In this document: one piece after another, positions 47,832-58,399 of the stretch
Position numbering within the stretch: position 1 is the stretch's first letter
How the letters are laid out: each line of letters starts with the position of its first letter
Assembly: GCA_963826115.1 (NCBI GenBank)
Contig: CAWGVS010000006.1
Span: forward strand, 768,001 to 832,000
DNA: 64,000 nucleotides
Direction: 5' to 3'
Source of the DNA: an uncultured Candidatus Rokubacteria bacterium
GTDB lineage: Bacteria; Methylomirabilota; Methylomirabilia; Rokubacteriales; DASRDR01
Program-made: the position numbers and the translations under genes
The notes under the pieces: generated by a model
Database searches by the model: none
The model's input: the letters and a program-made list of their open reading frames with translations, nothing else
Told to the model about the DNA's origin: nothing

Positions 47832-47931
47832 ACGAGCTTCACCGGGCTCGCCCGGCTCACGGCCGCTTCCGAAATTTGGGTTCCATCGCCCGTGAAACAT
47901 CCGCTCGCCGGTCCGAGCTACGCTGGGGTCC

Positions 47932-48636
47932 ATGACGGAAGCCAACATCGCGTTCGTGGCGCGACTCCTGGCCGATCCGACCCGCGCGGCCATGTGCCTC
48001 GCCCTGGCCGGCGGCGAGGCCCGGCCGGCCGGCGAGCTGGCCGCCCGCGCCGGCGTCTCCGCGCAGGCGGCGAGCAATCACCTCGCCCGGCTCGTCGGCG
48101 GCCGCATCCTGCGCGTCGAGCAGCAGGGCCGCTGGCGCTACTACCGCCTGGCCGGTCCCGACGTGGGCCACGCCGTGGAGGCGCTGGCCGTCGTCGCGCC
48201 GCCGCTCCCCGAGCCGCGGGCCGGCGACGGCCTGAGCGCGGAGACGCGGCGGATCCGGGAGGCGCGCACGTGTTACAGCCACCTCGCGGGGCGGCTCGGC
48301 GTCGCGCTGGCCGCGGCGCTGCTCGCCGCCCGGTGGCTCGAGGAGGAGGCGGAAGGGCGGAGCTACCGCGTCACCCCGGCGGGCGCGCGCTCGCTCCGCG
48401 CGCTCGGGATCGAGGTGCGGGGACGCGCGGCGCAGCCCGCGGCGCGTCGGTGCCTCGACTGGACCGAGCGCCGGCCGCACCTCGGCGGCCCGGTGGGCAC
48501 GGGGCTGGCGAGTGTCGCGCTCGACCGGGGCTGGGTGCGGCGCGTGCGCGGCTCGCGCGCGGTCGTCGTCACCCCGGCGGGACGGACGCAGCTCGAGAAG
48601 GTCTTCAACCTGCGATGGAAGGAGGGCTCGCTATGA
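47932..48636 (+). CDS. ArsR/SmtB family regulator with C-terminal ARTCY.HLAG domain
   Basis: LADPTRAAM, GELA..AGVS...AS.HL, ARTCYSHLAG, CLDWTERRPHLGG. Confidence 0.9.
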   Translation: MTEANIAFVARLLADPTRAAMCLALAGGEARPAGELAARAGVSAQAASNHLARLVGGRILRVEQQGRWRYYRLAGPDVGHAVEALAVVAPPLPEPRAGDGLSAETRRIREARTCYSHLAGRLGVALAAALLAARWLEEEAEGRSYRVTPAGARSLRALGIEVRGRAAQPAARRCLDWTERRPHLGGPVGTGLASVALDRGWVRRVRGSRAVVVTPAGRTQLEKVFNLRWKEGSL

Positions 48637-48938
48637 TCACGCTGAGCATCCGCTACACGATCGACGCGCGGAAGCGCGCCGAGTTCGAGGAATACGCCCG
48701 GTCGCTCGCGCCCATCATCCCGCGCTGCGGCGGCCAGATCGTCGGCTACTGGCTGCCGACCAGGTTCGCCGGCCCGACCAACGCGGCGCTGGCCCTGATC
48801 GACTTCCCGAGCCTCGCGGCCTACGAGCAGTACCGGGAGCGGCTCGCCAAGGACCACGACAACGTGGCGAGCGTCAGGCGGGCCGAGGAGAGCGGCTGCA
48901 TCCTGGTCGAGGACCGCGCCTTCCTGGAGCGCGTCTAG
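48633..48938 (+). CDS. NIPSNAP family protein
   Basis: IRYTID..K.AEFEEY...GYWLP...FPSLAAYEQYR; ATGA overlap. Confidence 0.85.
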   Translation: MITLSIRYTIDARKRAEFEEYARSLAPIIPRCGGQIVGYWLPTRFAGPTNAALALIDFPSLAAYEQYRERLAKDHDNVASVRRAEESGCILVEDRAFLERV

Positions 48939-48942
48939 CCCC

Positions 48943-50211
48943 GTGTTCCACGGCTGGAAGGTCGTCGGCTGCGCGTTCCTGATCGCGGTGTTCGGCTGGG
49001 GCTTCGGCTTCTACGGGATCGGCGTCTTCATGGCGGAGCTCGTGGAGCGCCACGGCTGGGCCACGCGGTCCGTGGCGTCGGCGGTCACCGTGCTCTACCT
49101 GGTGGGCGCCCTTCTCATCGCCGAGGTGGGGCGCGCGTTCGACCGCTTCGGGCCGCGCCGGGTGGTGCTGGCCGGCGTGGCCGCCATGGGCCTCGGCGCC
49201 GTCGGCCTCACCTGGGTCGCCGCGCCGTGGCAGCTCTATCTGGTCTTCCCGCTCATGGCCGTCGGCTGGGCGGCGATGAGCGGGGCCGCGATCAACATCA
49301 TCGTCGCCCCGTGGTTCGAGCGGCGGCGGGGCCTCGCCATCAGCCTCGCCTTCAACGGGGCCGCCACCGGCGGGATCGTCGTCGCGCCGGCGATCGCCCT
49401 CCTGTCGCAGCGGATCGGGTTCCGCGCCGCGGTGCTGGCCCTGGTGGCCGTGATGGTCGGCGTACTCGCGCCGCTCGTCCTGACGCTCCTCGTGCGCGGC
49501 CCCGAGACGCTGGGGCTCGCGCCGGACGGCGACGCTCCGACGACGCGGGCGGCGGCCGCGCCGGGCGGCCGCGCGCCCGGGCGACGCGCGCTCCTGCGCA
49601 CCTGGCGCTTCTGGTCGGTGGCGGTGCCGTTCGCCCTCGGGCTGACCGCGCAGATCAGCATCATCATCCACCAGGTGTCGTTCCTCCGGCCGCGGCTCGG
49701 CGCGGACGGCGCGGCCTGGGCGGTGAGCCTCACGTCCCTCTGCGCGGTGCTGGGCCGGCTGGTCGTCGGCCTCTTCGTCGACCGCGTGGACCGGCGGGCG
49801 GTGGTCGCCGGCAACTTCCTGGTCCAGGCGACGGCGCTCGCGCTGATGCTCGTGGCGGCCGCGCCGGCCTGGCTCTACGTGGCGTGCGCGCTGTTCGGCC
49901 TCGGCGTGGGCAACACGACCAGCCTGCCGAGCGTGATCGTGCAGGCGGAGTTCCCGGCGGTCGCCTTCGGCCAGGTGGTGAGCACGATCATCGCGATCAA
50001 CCAGCTGACCTACTCGTTCGGACCCGGCGTCCTCGGCTGGCTCCGCGACGCCTCCGGGGGCTACGCCTTGCCGATCGTGGCGTGCCTCTCGCTCCAGCTG
50101 GCCGCGGTCGCCGTCCTGCTGGCGGGGCGCCCGGCCCGGGCGAGCGTCGCGCCGCCCGGTGACCCGATCGCGCCGGGCCCCGCCGGCGCTCAGCGATCCC
50201 TGAGCGTGTAG
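48943..50211 (+). CDS. MFS transporter
   Basis: 12 TM pattern, DRFGPRR, WFERRRGLA. Confidence 0.9.
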   Translation: MFHGWKVVGCAFLIAVFGWGFGFYGIGVFMAELVERHGWATRSVASAVTVLYLVGALLIAEVGRAFDRFGPRRVVLAGVAAMGLGAVGLTWVAAPWQLYLVFPLMAVGWAAMSGAAINIIVAPWFERRRGLAISLAFNGAATGGIVVAPAIALLSQRIGFRAAVLALVAVMVGVLAPLVLTLLVRGPETLGLAPDGDAPTTRAAAAPGGRAPGRRALLRTWRFWSVAVPFALGLTAQISIIIHQVSFLRPRLGADGAAWAVSLTSLCAVLGRLVVGLFVDRVDRRAVVAGNFLVQATALALMLVAAAPAWLYVACALFGLGVGNTTSLPSVIVQAEFPAVAFGQVVSTIIAINQLTYSFGPGVLGWLRDASGGYALPIVACLSLQLAAVAVLLAGRPARASVAPPGDPIAPGPAGAQRSLSV

Positions 50212-51500
50212 AAGAGGTAGGCGCCGGCCAGGTACGCCCGGCGCAGGAACGGCAGCGGGAACCGCGGGATGCCGGTGCCCGTGACCGGCGTGTCCCGCGG
50301 GACGGGGACGCCCGCCGCCAGGTCGCCCGCGAGCCCGCCGAGATAGGTCGCCATCGCCACGCCGGTGCCGGTGTAGGCGAGCGCGTAGGCGACCGTGGGA
50401 TCGCCGTCGGCCGTCGCGGCGTGCGGGATGTGGTCGTAGGGCATGCACACGGCGCCGTGCCAGAAGTACTCGCTCCCGACGCCGTGCAGGCCGGGGAACA
50501 TGGCGACCATGCGGCCCTCGAGCCAGCGCCGGCGGCGCGCCAGCGCGACCGGCGTGTCGATCACGCCGGCGCGGCCGCCGAACATGAGCCGCCCGTCGGG
50601 CAGGCGGCGCCAGTAGTGGACGAGCGTCCGCGTGTCCGTGTAGACCTCGGTGGTCCGCATCCCGACCTCGTCCCACTCGGCGGCGGTCAGGGGCCGGGTC
50701 ACCAGGATGTTGCTGGTGGCGCGGAGCGTCCGCCCGCGGAAGAAGGGGTGGAGGGTCTCGGGCGTGTAGCCGTTGGTGCCCATGACGACCCGCCGCGCCC
50801 GCACGCGGCCGTGCGGCGTGGCCAGGACGTGCCAGGCCCCGTCCCGGGTCCACTCGAGGACCGGAGAGTCGGGATGGATCGCCGCGCCGCGCCGGTGGGC
50901 GGCGCGCGCCAGGCCGCGCGCGTACTTCAGCGGGTGGAGACCGAACGTCGGCCGGATCCGGAGCCCGCCGTGCGCCGAGGGGCTCTTCGTGTGACCCTCC
51001 TCGGCCAGCTGACGGCGGTCGAGGTACTCGACGTCATGGAAGTCCAGGCGCTCGCGGTAGAGGCGCCGGCGCTCTTGGAGGACCGCCGCCTTGTCGGGCC
51101 GGTGCGCGACGGTGATCCAGCCGTCCGGCTGCGGGTCGCACGGGAGGTCCTCCTTGGCGATCAGCTCGCGGACCCGCTCGCAGGCCTCGATCCCCAGCCG
51201 GACGGCGCGTCGCGCCGTCGGGAGCCCCCAGTGACGCTCGCGGTCCTGGAGGCTCAGCTTGCCGAACGACATCATGGCGAAGCCGCCGTTCCGGCCCGAG
51301 GCTCCCCAGCCGATGGCGCGGGCCTCGAGGACGACGGTGTCGAGGCCGTGGTCGCCGGCGAGGCGGTACGCCGCGGCGAGACCGGTGTAGCCGCCGCCGA
51401 TCACGGCCACGTCGGCGGTGCGGTCGCCGGGAAGCGGCCCGAGCTCCCCGGGCTCCGGCCCGGCCGTTGCGGCCCAGTACGACGGCACGTGGGCGCTCAC
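50190..51500 (-). CDS. FAD-dependent oxidoreductase (DAO / PuuB-like)
   Basis: SYW, VAVIGGGYTGL, GASGRNGG, LHPLKY, TNGY. Confidence 0.9.
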   Translation of the reverse strand: MSAHVPSYWAATAGPEPGELGPLPGDRTADVAVIGGGYTGLAAAYRLAGDHGLDTVVLEARAIGWGASGRNGGFAMMSFGKLSLQDRERHWGLPTARRAVRLGIEACERVRELIAKEDLPCDPQPDGWITVAHRPDKAAVLQERRRLYRERLDFHDVEYLDRRQLAEEGHTKSPSAHGGLRIRPTFGLHPLKYARGLARAAHRRGAAIHPDSPVLEWTRDGAWHVLATPHGRVRARRVVMGTNGYTPETLHPFFRGRTLRATSNILVTRPLTAAEWDEVGMRTTEVYTDTRTLVHYWRRLPDGRLMFGGRAGVIDTPVALARRRRWLEGRMVAMFPGLHGVGSEYFWHGAVCMPYDHIPHAATADGDPTVAYALAYTGTGVAMATYLGGLAGDLAAGVPVPRDTPVTGTGIPRFPLPFLRRAYLAGAYLFYTLRDR

Positions 51501-51582
51501 TCGCGGCTCCTTCTCCCCGCGTCCGGGCGAGGCGGCGCCAGGATACGATCGCGCGGCGCGGGACGGCAAGGTGGGTACGCGC

Positions 51583-52990
51583 TCAGCGGCGGATCGCGCG
51601 GGCGGCGTCGCGGCCGGCCAGCATCCCGTAGCCGAGGGCCGTGAGGAGGCCGTTGCCGGAGAAGTAGCCGCCGGGGCCGTGCCCCGAGAGCCCCGCGGCG
51701 GTGCCGCCGCCGGCGTAGAGGTTCGGCACGGGCGTGCCGTCCGCGCGGAGGACACGCGCCGCGCGGTCCACGACCAGCCCGCCCTGCGTGTGGAAGAGCG
51801 CGCCCGTGACCCGGACGCCGTGGAGCGGGGGCTCGAGGCGGCGGCAGTCGCGCCGCCCGAAGGCGTCGGGCCGCCGGCCGTCGGCCGCTCCGGTCGTACT
51901 CCGCGAGCGTCGTCTCGAGCGCGGGGACGGGGAGGCCGAGGCGCGCCGCGAGCGCCGCGGCGTCGGGCGCGGTCACGACGGCCCCGGCCTCGAGCGCCTG
52001 CCGGTAGTCCTCGAAGCCGAGCGCGAGCCGATGGAGGCGCGCGTCGTACACGTTCCACGCCACGCCGTCCGGCTGGGCGAGGACGCGCAGCGCGTGCTCG
52101 GAGTACCCCGTGGTCTCGTCGCCGAACCGCCGGCCGTCGCGGTTCACCTGGACGCCGCCCTCGGTGACGAGCGCGTAGGTGATCAGGATCCCGTGGGGCA
52201 CCGCGACCGAGGCGTGGGCCTGATAGGCGTCCATGAACGCGATCGCGCCGCCGAGGGCCTGACCCCAGCGGATGGCCTCGCCGGTGTTGCCCTCGCCGCC
52301 GAAGTAGTACGCGCCGGCGACCTCGGGGCAGTAGCGCGCCAGCATCGCCCGGTTGGCGGCGAAGCCGTTCGCCGCGAGGACGACCGCGCGCGCGCCGATC
52401 CGCTCCCGCCGCCCGTCCCGCTCGGCGACGACGCCGCGCACCGCGCCGCCCTCGTCGGCGATGAGCCCGGTCACCCCCGCGCCCTCCACCACCTCGGCCC
52501 GCGGGTGGGCCGCGACCGCGCGGCGGAGGTCCGCCCAGAGCGCGGCGCCGGTCCGGCTGGGCGGCGCGTGCATGCGGAACTCGGTGTGCCCGGGATACTT
52601 GAAGTCGTGGACGAAGGTGAGGGCGACGCCCACCTCGTCGACCAGCCACTCCACCAGCTCGACGGCCACCCGGCAGAGGTGTCGCGTCGTCTCCGGGTCG
52701 GAGGCGTGGCCGTTCTTCCGGAGGATGTCCGCCGCCATCGCGTCCGGGGCCTCGACGACGCCGGCGGCCCGCTGGAGGCGGGTGCCGGCCGCGGGCACCA
52801 TCCCGCCCGAGCGGGCGGTGTTGCACCACGGCCGCGCCTGCTTCTCGAGGACGAGGACGTCCGCGCCGCCCTGGGCGGCGGCGATCGCCGCGGTCAGCCC
52901 GCAGCCGCCGCCGCCGACCACCACCACGTCGGCCTCGAGGTCGAATCGGCCCGTGTGCGGAACGAGGCCGGCGTCCTCCGACACGGACAC
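51583..52990 (-). CDS. Fumarate reductase / 3-ketosteroid dehydrogenase-like flavoprotein (frameshifted near 51830-51890)
   Basis: VVVVGGGGCG, LAANGF, GNTGE, VNRDGRRF.DE, LFHTQGGL, NLYAGG, YFSGNGL. Confidence 0.88.
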
Positions 52991-52993
52991 GGC

Positions 52994-53410
52994 CTACTTC
53001 TTCGGGCCCATCCCGATGTCGCGGAAGCGGTCGACCGAGTCGCTCGGCGCGAAGTCCTCGAGCTCGAACAGCTGGCGCACCTCGATCTCCGCGGGCTTGC
53101 CCTCGCCGGCGGGATTGGGGAAGCGCTTCGTCCACGCGAGCGCCTCGTCCCGGGACTTGACCTGGATCAGCGTGTAGCCGGCGATGAGCTCCTTCGTCTC
53201 GGCGAAGGGCCCGTCGGTCAGGGTGCGCTTCTGACCGTCGTACCGGATCCGCCACCCCTCCTTGGTCGGCTGGAGGCCCGAGCCGTCGAGGAGGACTCCC
53301 GCGCGCGCGAGCTCCTCGTGGTAAGCGGCCATCTGGGCGATGAGCGCCTCCTCCGGCATGACGCCGGCCTCCGAGTCCCTGGTGGCCTTGACGATGATCA
53401 TGAATCGCAT
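52994..53410 (-). CDS. YciI family protein
   Basis: DGPFAETKELIAGY, IEVRQL. Confidence 0.92.
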   Translation of the reverse strand: MRFMIIVKATRDSEAGVMPEEALIAQMAAYHEELARAGVLLDGSGLQPTKEGWRIRYDGQKRTLTDGPFAETKELIAGYTLIQVKSRDEALAWTKRFPNPAGEGKPAEIEVRQLFELEDFAPSDSVDRFRDIGMGPKK

Positions 53411-53645
53411 GGCGCCGTCTCCCTCTGTGCCGCTACCAGTGCCGCCGGTTGTCGGGGCCGGAGCCCGCGCTCCGGCGTCCGAGGCGGCCGGCCGCCCTCT
53501 TCACCATTGGTCGTCCGGCGCCGCTCGAGATCGACATCGGGCGCATCGGCCCCTCGCGTCCGATGGTACCCTAGGGCGGCGGGTGCCCGGCCGGGCCCGC
53601 TCCCCACGCGACACGGACACGCGAGCACAGAGGAGGAGAGCCGTC

Positions 53646-54881
53646 ATGGACAGATCCCCCCACGTCACCCGTCGCAGCTTCGTCCGGGGCGCTGGCCTCG
53701 CCGGGGCCGCGGTCCTCGGCTTCCCGGCCGTGCTGCGGGCCCAGGCCCGCGAGATCAAGGTCGGACACGTGCACCCCCTGTCCGGCGCCCTCGCGTTCGA
53801 CGGCGGGCTCGTGGTCAACGGCCTGACGCTCGCGGTCGAGGAGATCAACGCCGGCGGCGGGATCAAGTCGCAGGGCGGGGCCCGTCTCGTCCTCTCGGGC
53901 GGGGACAGCCAGGGCAAGCCCGAGGTCGGCACCGCCGAGGCGGAGCGGCTGATCCGTGAGGGCGTCGTCGCGGTGCTCGGGCCCTACCAGAGCCCGGTCG
54001 CGTACAACATCTCGCAGCTCGCCGAGAAGGAGAAGACGCCCTTCGTCATCACGGTGGCGGTGGCGGACAACATCACCGAACGGGGTTTCGAGTACACGTT
54101 CCGCGTCCAGCCGAACGCCCGCGCGATGACGACGAAGAGCCTCGACCACCTCGCCGAGCTGGCCAAGACGACCGGGACCACGGTCAAGACGCTGGCGATG
54201 ATGCACGAGGACGGGCTCTTCGGGACCACCGTCGCCGGCCACGTCGAGAAGTACGCCAAGAACGTGGGCATGGAGCTCACGCTCCGCGTGCCGTACAGCC
54301 TCCGCACCGCCGACGTGACGACCGAGGTGACCAAGATCAAGGCGGCCAAGCCCGACGTGGTCATCGTGACCGGCTACTTTGGCGACGCGCTCCTCGTCGC
54401 CCGGACCGCGACCGAGGTCCGGCTCGAGACCAAGGCGGTCATGGGCATCTCGAACGGTGGGTTCTCCAACCCGAAGTTCCTCGCCGACCAGAAGGAGCTC
54501 TCCGACCTGATCCTGGACGGCAACTACTGGCACAACCCCAAGAGCGAGCGGGCCAAGCGGGTGATGGAGGCGTACCAGAAGCGCTTCAGCTCGCCGATGT
54601 CCTCCCACTCCGTCCAGGCGTACAGCGCGACGATGGTCCTCCGGGACGCACTGGAGCGGGCCGGCAACACCGACCGGGCGAAGCTCCGCGAGGCGCTGGC
54701 CGCGACGAACCTCGCCGACCACATCCTGCCGCAGGGGCCGATCCAGTTCGACAAGACCGGCGAGAACGCCAACGCGCAGTCGGCCCTGCTCCAGAACCAG
54801 GGCGGCAAGACCGTGGTTGTGGGCCCGGCGCAGTTTGCCGAGGCCAAGGCCGTCTTCCCCGTTCCCCGCTGGTCGCGCTGA
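53646..54881 (+). CDS. Branched-chain amino acid ABC transporter substrate-binding protein (Tat signal)
   Basis: TRRSFV Tat motif; PLSG..A, EEINAGGGI; LivJ/K-type pattern. Confidence 0.92.
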   Translation: MDRSPHVTRRSFVRGAGLAGAAVLGFPAVLRAQAREIKVGHVHPLSGALAFDGGLVVNGLTLAVEEINAGGGIKSQGGARLVLSGGDSQGKPEVGTAEAERLIREGVVAVLGPYQSPVAYNISQLAEKEKTPFVITVAVADNITERGFEYTFRVQPNARAMTTKSLDHLAELAKTTGTTVKTLAMMHEDGLFGTTVAGHVEKYAKNVGMELTLRVPYSLRTADVTTEVTKIKAAKPDVVIVTGYFGDALLVARTATEVRLETKAVMGISNGGFSNPKFLADQKELSDLILDGNYWHNPKSERAKRVMEAYQKRFSSPMSSHSVQAYSATMVLRDALERAGNTDRAKLREALAATNLADHILPQGPIQFDKTGENANAQSALLQNQGGKTVVVGPAQFAEAKAVFPVPRWSR

Positions 54882-54942
54882 CGCTCCGTCCGTCCCCGGC
54901 GCCGCCTGAGGTTTCGGGCGGCGCCGGCGGGCGCCCGCGGCC

Positions 54943-55812
54943 ATGACGACGCTCCTCTGGCAGGCCACCGTCTCCGGGGTGCTCATCGGAGGCGTCTATG
55001 CCTTGGTGGCGCTCGGGCTGACCCTCGTCTTCGGCGTGCTCCGCATCATCAACTTTGCGCACGGCACACTGATGATGCTCGGGATGTACGCGACCTTCTT
55101 CCTGTGGAGTCTCGCGGGCGTCGATCCGTACGTGTCGGTCGTCATCGTGGGGCCGGCGTTCTTCCTCGCCGGCATCCTCATCGAGCGGCTCGTCATCGCA
55201 CCGAACCGGGCCGCGCCCGAGGCGAACCAGCTCCTCCTGACGCTCGGGCTGGCGCTGTTCCTGGAGAACGCGGCCCTCGCCGCGTTCCGGGCGGACCCCC
55301 GGAGCCTCCAGCTCGGCTACCGGCTGCCGCCGATCCTGCTCGGGGAGGCGGTCGTGAACGTGCCGCGGCTCGTGGCGTTCCTGGCCTCCATCGCCCTCGC
55401 CGTCCTCCTCTGGCTCTTCCTCCGCTACACGGACACCGGCAAGGCCATCCGGGCCGCGGCGGAGGAGCGCGAGGGCGCCCTCCTGATGGGCATCGACGTC
55501 CGCCGGCTCGATTCCCTCGCGTTCGGGCTGGGCGCGGCGCTGGTCGCGGTCGCCGGGAGCCTGGTGACGCCGTTCCTCTACGTCGCGCCGGACGTCGGCG
55601 ACGTCTTCAACATCCTCGCCTTCGTGATCGTGGTCCTCGGCGGGATGGGGAGCTTCCTCGGGGCCCTCCTCGGCGGCTTCGTGGTCGGGCTGGCGGAATC
55701 GATCGGCGCCGCGGTCCTGCCGGGCTCGCTCAAGCAGCTGCCGATCTTCGCGCTCTTCGTCCTGGTGCTGCTGTTCCGCCCGAACGGGCTCCTCGGCCGC
55801 GCCCGTGGCTAG
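54943..55812 (+). CDS. livH: Branched-chain amino acid ABC permease
   Basis: YALVALGLTLVFG...INFAHG, GKAIRA, VVLGGMG. Confidence 0.92.
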   Translation: MTTLLWQATVSGVLIGGVYALVALGLTLVFGVLRIINFAHGTLMMLGMYATFFLWSLAGVDPYVSVVIVGPAFFLAGILIERLVIAPNRAAPEANQLLLTLGLALFLENAALAAFRADPRSLQLGYRLPPILLGEAVVNVPRLVAFLASIALAVLLWLFLRYTDTGKAIRAAAEEREGALLMGIDVRRLDSLAFGLGAALVAVAGSLVTPFLYVAPDVGDVFNILAFVIVVLGGMGSFLGALLGGFVVGLAESIGAAVLPGSLKQLPIFALFVLVLLFRPNGLLGRARG

Positions 55813-56767
55813 CCTCGCGGCGGCGCTCGTGGCCGTGGCGCTCCTCGCGGTGCCGCCGTTCCTCTCGCCCTACGCGGTCCACACGCTGGTGCTCGTGCTC
55901 TTCTTCGCCTACCTCGGCACGGCCTGGAACGTGCTGGGCGGATACGCCGGACAGTTCTCCTTCGGCCACGCGGCGTTCTTCGGCATCGGCGCCTACACGT
56001 CGACCTTGCTCCTGGTCCGGCTCGACGTGAGTCCGTGGCTCGGGCTCCTGGCGGGCGGCGTCCTCGCGGCGGCCTTCGGCTGCTTCGCGGCGTACCTGTC
56101 GTTCCGCTACGGGCTCCGCGGCCCGTACTTCGCCCTGGTGACGCTCGCCTTCGCGGAGATGCTGCGGCTCATCGCCGTGAACTGGATGGCCATCGGGGGG
56201 CCGATGGGGATCCTCATGCCGCTCTCGAAGACGGGCGACTCGCTCTGGCGTCTCCAGTTCCGCGAGAAGCTGCCGTACTACTACGTGGCGCTCGCGCTGG
56301 TGGCGGCGGCGCTCGCGCTCGTGCGGGCCATCGAGCGGTCGCGTCTCGGCTACCTGCTGGCCGCCATCCGCGAGAACGAGGACGCGGCCGAGGCATCCGG
56401 CGTGGACACGATGCGGGCGAAGCTCGTCGCGATGGCAGTGTCCGCGTTCCTGACCGCCGTCGGCGGCACGTTCTACGCGCAGTACTTCACCTTCATCGAC
56501 CCGGGTCTGGTCTTCGGCCCGTCGGTGTCGGTCGAGATCCTCCTCCGTCCGATCGTGGGCGGACCCGGGACGCTGTTCGGTCCGCTCCTCGGGTCGGTCG
56601 TCCTCACGCCCCTGTCCGAGGCGACACGCGCGCTCATCCGCGGGCGCCCGGGCGTCGACGTGATGGTGTACGGCGCGCTCCTGGTCCTCGTGATCACGTT
56701 CCTCCCGGGCGGGCTCGTGGGCGCGTGGCGCCGCGCGCGCCGCTCGTGGAGACCCCGGCAGGCCTGA
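55805..56767 (+). CDS. livM: Branched-chain amino acid ABC permease
   Basis: GYAGQFSFGHAAFFGIGAY, LRGPYFAL, AIRENE.AA. Confidence 0.92.
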   Translation: MASLAAALVAVALLAVPPFLSPYAVHTLVLVLFFAYLGTAWNVLGGYAGQFSFGHAAFFGIGAYTSTLLLVRLDVSPWLGLLAGGVLAAAFGCFAAYLSFRYGLRGPYFALVTLAFAEMLRLIAVNWMAIGGPMGILMPLSKTGDSLWRLQFREKLPYYYVALALVAAALALVRAIERSRLGYLLAAIRENEDAAEASGVDTMRAKLVAMAVSAFLTAVGGTFYAQYFTFIDPGLVFGPSVSVEILLRPIVGGPGTLFGPLLGSVVLTPLSEATRALIRGRPGVDVMVYGALLVLVITFLPGGLVGAWRRARRSWRPRQA

Positions 56768-56772
56768 GCCGC

Positions 56773-57501
56773 GTGGCGCTGCTCGAGGTGCGCGGGCTGA
56801 CGAAGCGCTTCGGCGGGCTCCTCGCCGTCTCCCGGGTCGACTTCGCCGTCGAGCCGGGCGAGGTCTGCGGGATCATCGGCCCGAACGGGGCGGGGAAGAC
56901 CACGCTCTTTCACCTGATGACCGGGTTCCATCGCCCGACGGCCGGAGACGTGCGCTTCGACGGGCGCTCGATCGCCGGGCTCCGACCCCACCAGGTGTGC
57001 CGGCTCGGCATGGCGCGCACGTTCCAGATCGTCCAGCCGTTTCCCGGGCTGACCGTTCTCGACAACGCGGCGGTCGGCGCGTTCACGCGGCACCGCGAGG
57101 TGGCGGCGGCCCGCGCGGCGGCCCGCGCGGCCCTCGACCTGGTCGGCCTCTCGGCCCAGGCCGAGCGCCTGGCGGGGACGCTCACCCTGTCGGACCGGCG
57201 CCGGCTCGAGCTCGCGCGGGCGCTCGCGACCGGGCCGCGGCTCCTGCTCCTGGACGAGGTGATGTCCGGGCTCACGCCGACCGAGGTCTCGGGCATGATC
57301 GACCTCTGCCGGCGGCTTCGGGACCGCGGGCTCACGATCCTCGTGATCGAGCACCTCCTCCGCGCGATCATGACCCTCTCGGACCGTATCGTCGTCCTGG
57401 ACCACGGCGAGAAGATCGCCGAGGGCCCGCCGGCGGCGATCGCACGGGACCCGCTCGTCATCGAGGCCTACCTCGGCGTCGCGGCCGGCCGCGATGGCTG
57501 A
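56773..57501 (+). CDS. livG: ABC transporter ATP-binding protein
   Basis: GPNGAGKT, ARTFQ, LLLDE, IEH. Confidence 0.92.
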   Translation: MALLEVRGLTKRFGGLLAVSRVDFAVEPGEVCGIIGPNGAGKTTLFHLMTGFHRPTAGDVRFDGRSIAGLRPHQVCRLGMARTFQIVQPFPGLTVLDNAAVGAFTRHREVAAARAAARAALDLVGLSAQAERLAGTLTLSDRRRLELARALATGPRLLLLDEVMSGLTPTEVSGMIDLCRRLRDRGLTILVIEHLLRAIMTLSDRIVVLDHGEKIAEGPPAAIARDPLVIEAYLGVAAGRDG

Positions 57502-57516
57502 GCCGGGCCGGCCGAT

Positions 57517-58296
57517 GTGGTGGCCGGGGAGCCCGTGAGCGGGGCCGGCGCGCCCGTCCTGCCGGAGGGCGGAGCCGTCCCGGCGCCGCCCGTGTTGGAA
57601 GTGCGCGGCCTGCACGCCGGGTATCGCGACGTGCCCGTCCTCCGGGGAGTCTCGTTGACGGTGGGCGCCGGCGAGATCGTGGCCCTGGTCGGCGCCAACG
57701 GCGCGGGGAAGACCACGACCCTGCGGGCGATCGCGGGCCTCCTTGGACCCTCCGACGGCGAGATCCACTTCGGCGGCACCCGCATCGACGGGATGCCGGC
57801 CCACGAGGTGGTCGGGCGGGGTCTCGTCCTCACGCCCGAGGGGCGCAAGATCTTCCCCTCGCTCACGGTCCGGGAGAACCTGGACCTCGGCGGCTACCTG
57901 CCGGGAGCGCGGAGCCGGCGCGCGGCGTCGCGCGATCGCGTGATGACCCTCTTCCCCATCCTCCGGGACCGACAGCGCCAGGTGGCGGGCACGCTGTCCG
58001 GCGGCGAGCAGCAGATGCTCGCCATCGCGCGGAGCCTCATGTCGGAGCCCCGGCTCCTCATGCTCGACGAGCCGTCCCTCGGACTCGCCCCGCTGATCGT
58101 CGACCGGATCCTCGACGTGATCCAGGCCATCAACCGGGACGGCACTCCGGTCCTCCTGGTCGAGCAGAACGTTCACCGCGCGCTGGCGCTCGCGACGCGC
58201 GCCTACGTTCTGGAGCAGGGGGCCGTGACCCTCACCGGCGCGGGGCCGGCGCTCGCCGCCCGCGAGGACGTTCGCCGCGCCTATCTAGGCCTCTGA
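57517..58296 (+). CDS. livF: ABC transporter ATP-binding protein
   Basis: GANGAGKT, LSGGEQQ, LDEPSLGLAP, VEQN. Confidence 0.92.
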   Translation: MVAGEPVSGAGAPVLPEGGAVPAPPVLEVRGLHAGYRDVPVLRGVSLTVGAGEIVALVGANGAGKTTTLRAIAGLLGPSDGEIHFGGTRIDGMPAHEVVGRGLVLTPEGRKIFPSLTVRENLDLGGYLPGARSRRAASRDRVMTLFPILRDRQRQVAGTLSGGEQQMLAIARSLMSEPRLLMLDEPSLGLAPLIVDRILDVIQAINRDGTPVLLVEQNVHRALALATRAYVLEQGAVTLTGAGPALAAREDVRRAYLGL

Positions 58297-58399
58297 CGGG
58301 GCGCTGCGGCAGGACGCCTCCGGGTTGACTCTGGACACCGTCGGGCACTAGATTCCGGCTCGCCGCCATCGCCGGGCGCGGGCCCGTGCCGGGCGGCAG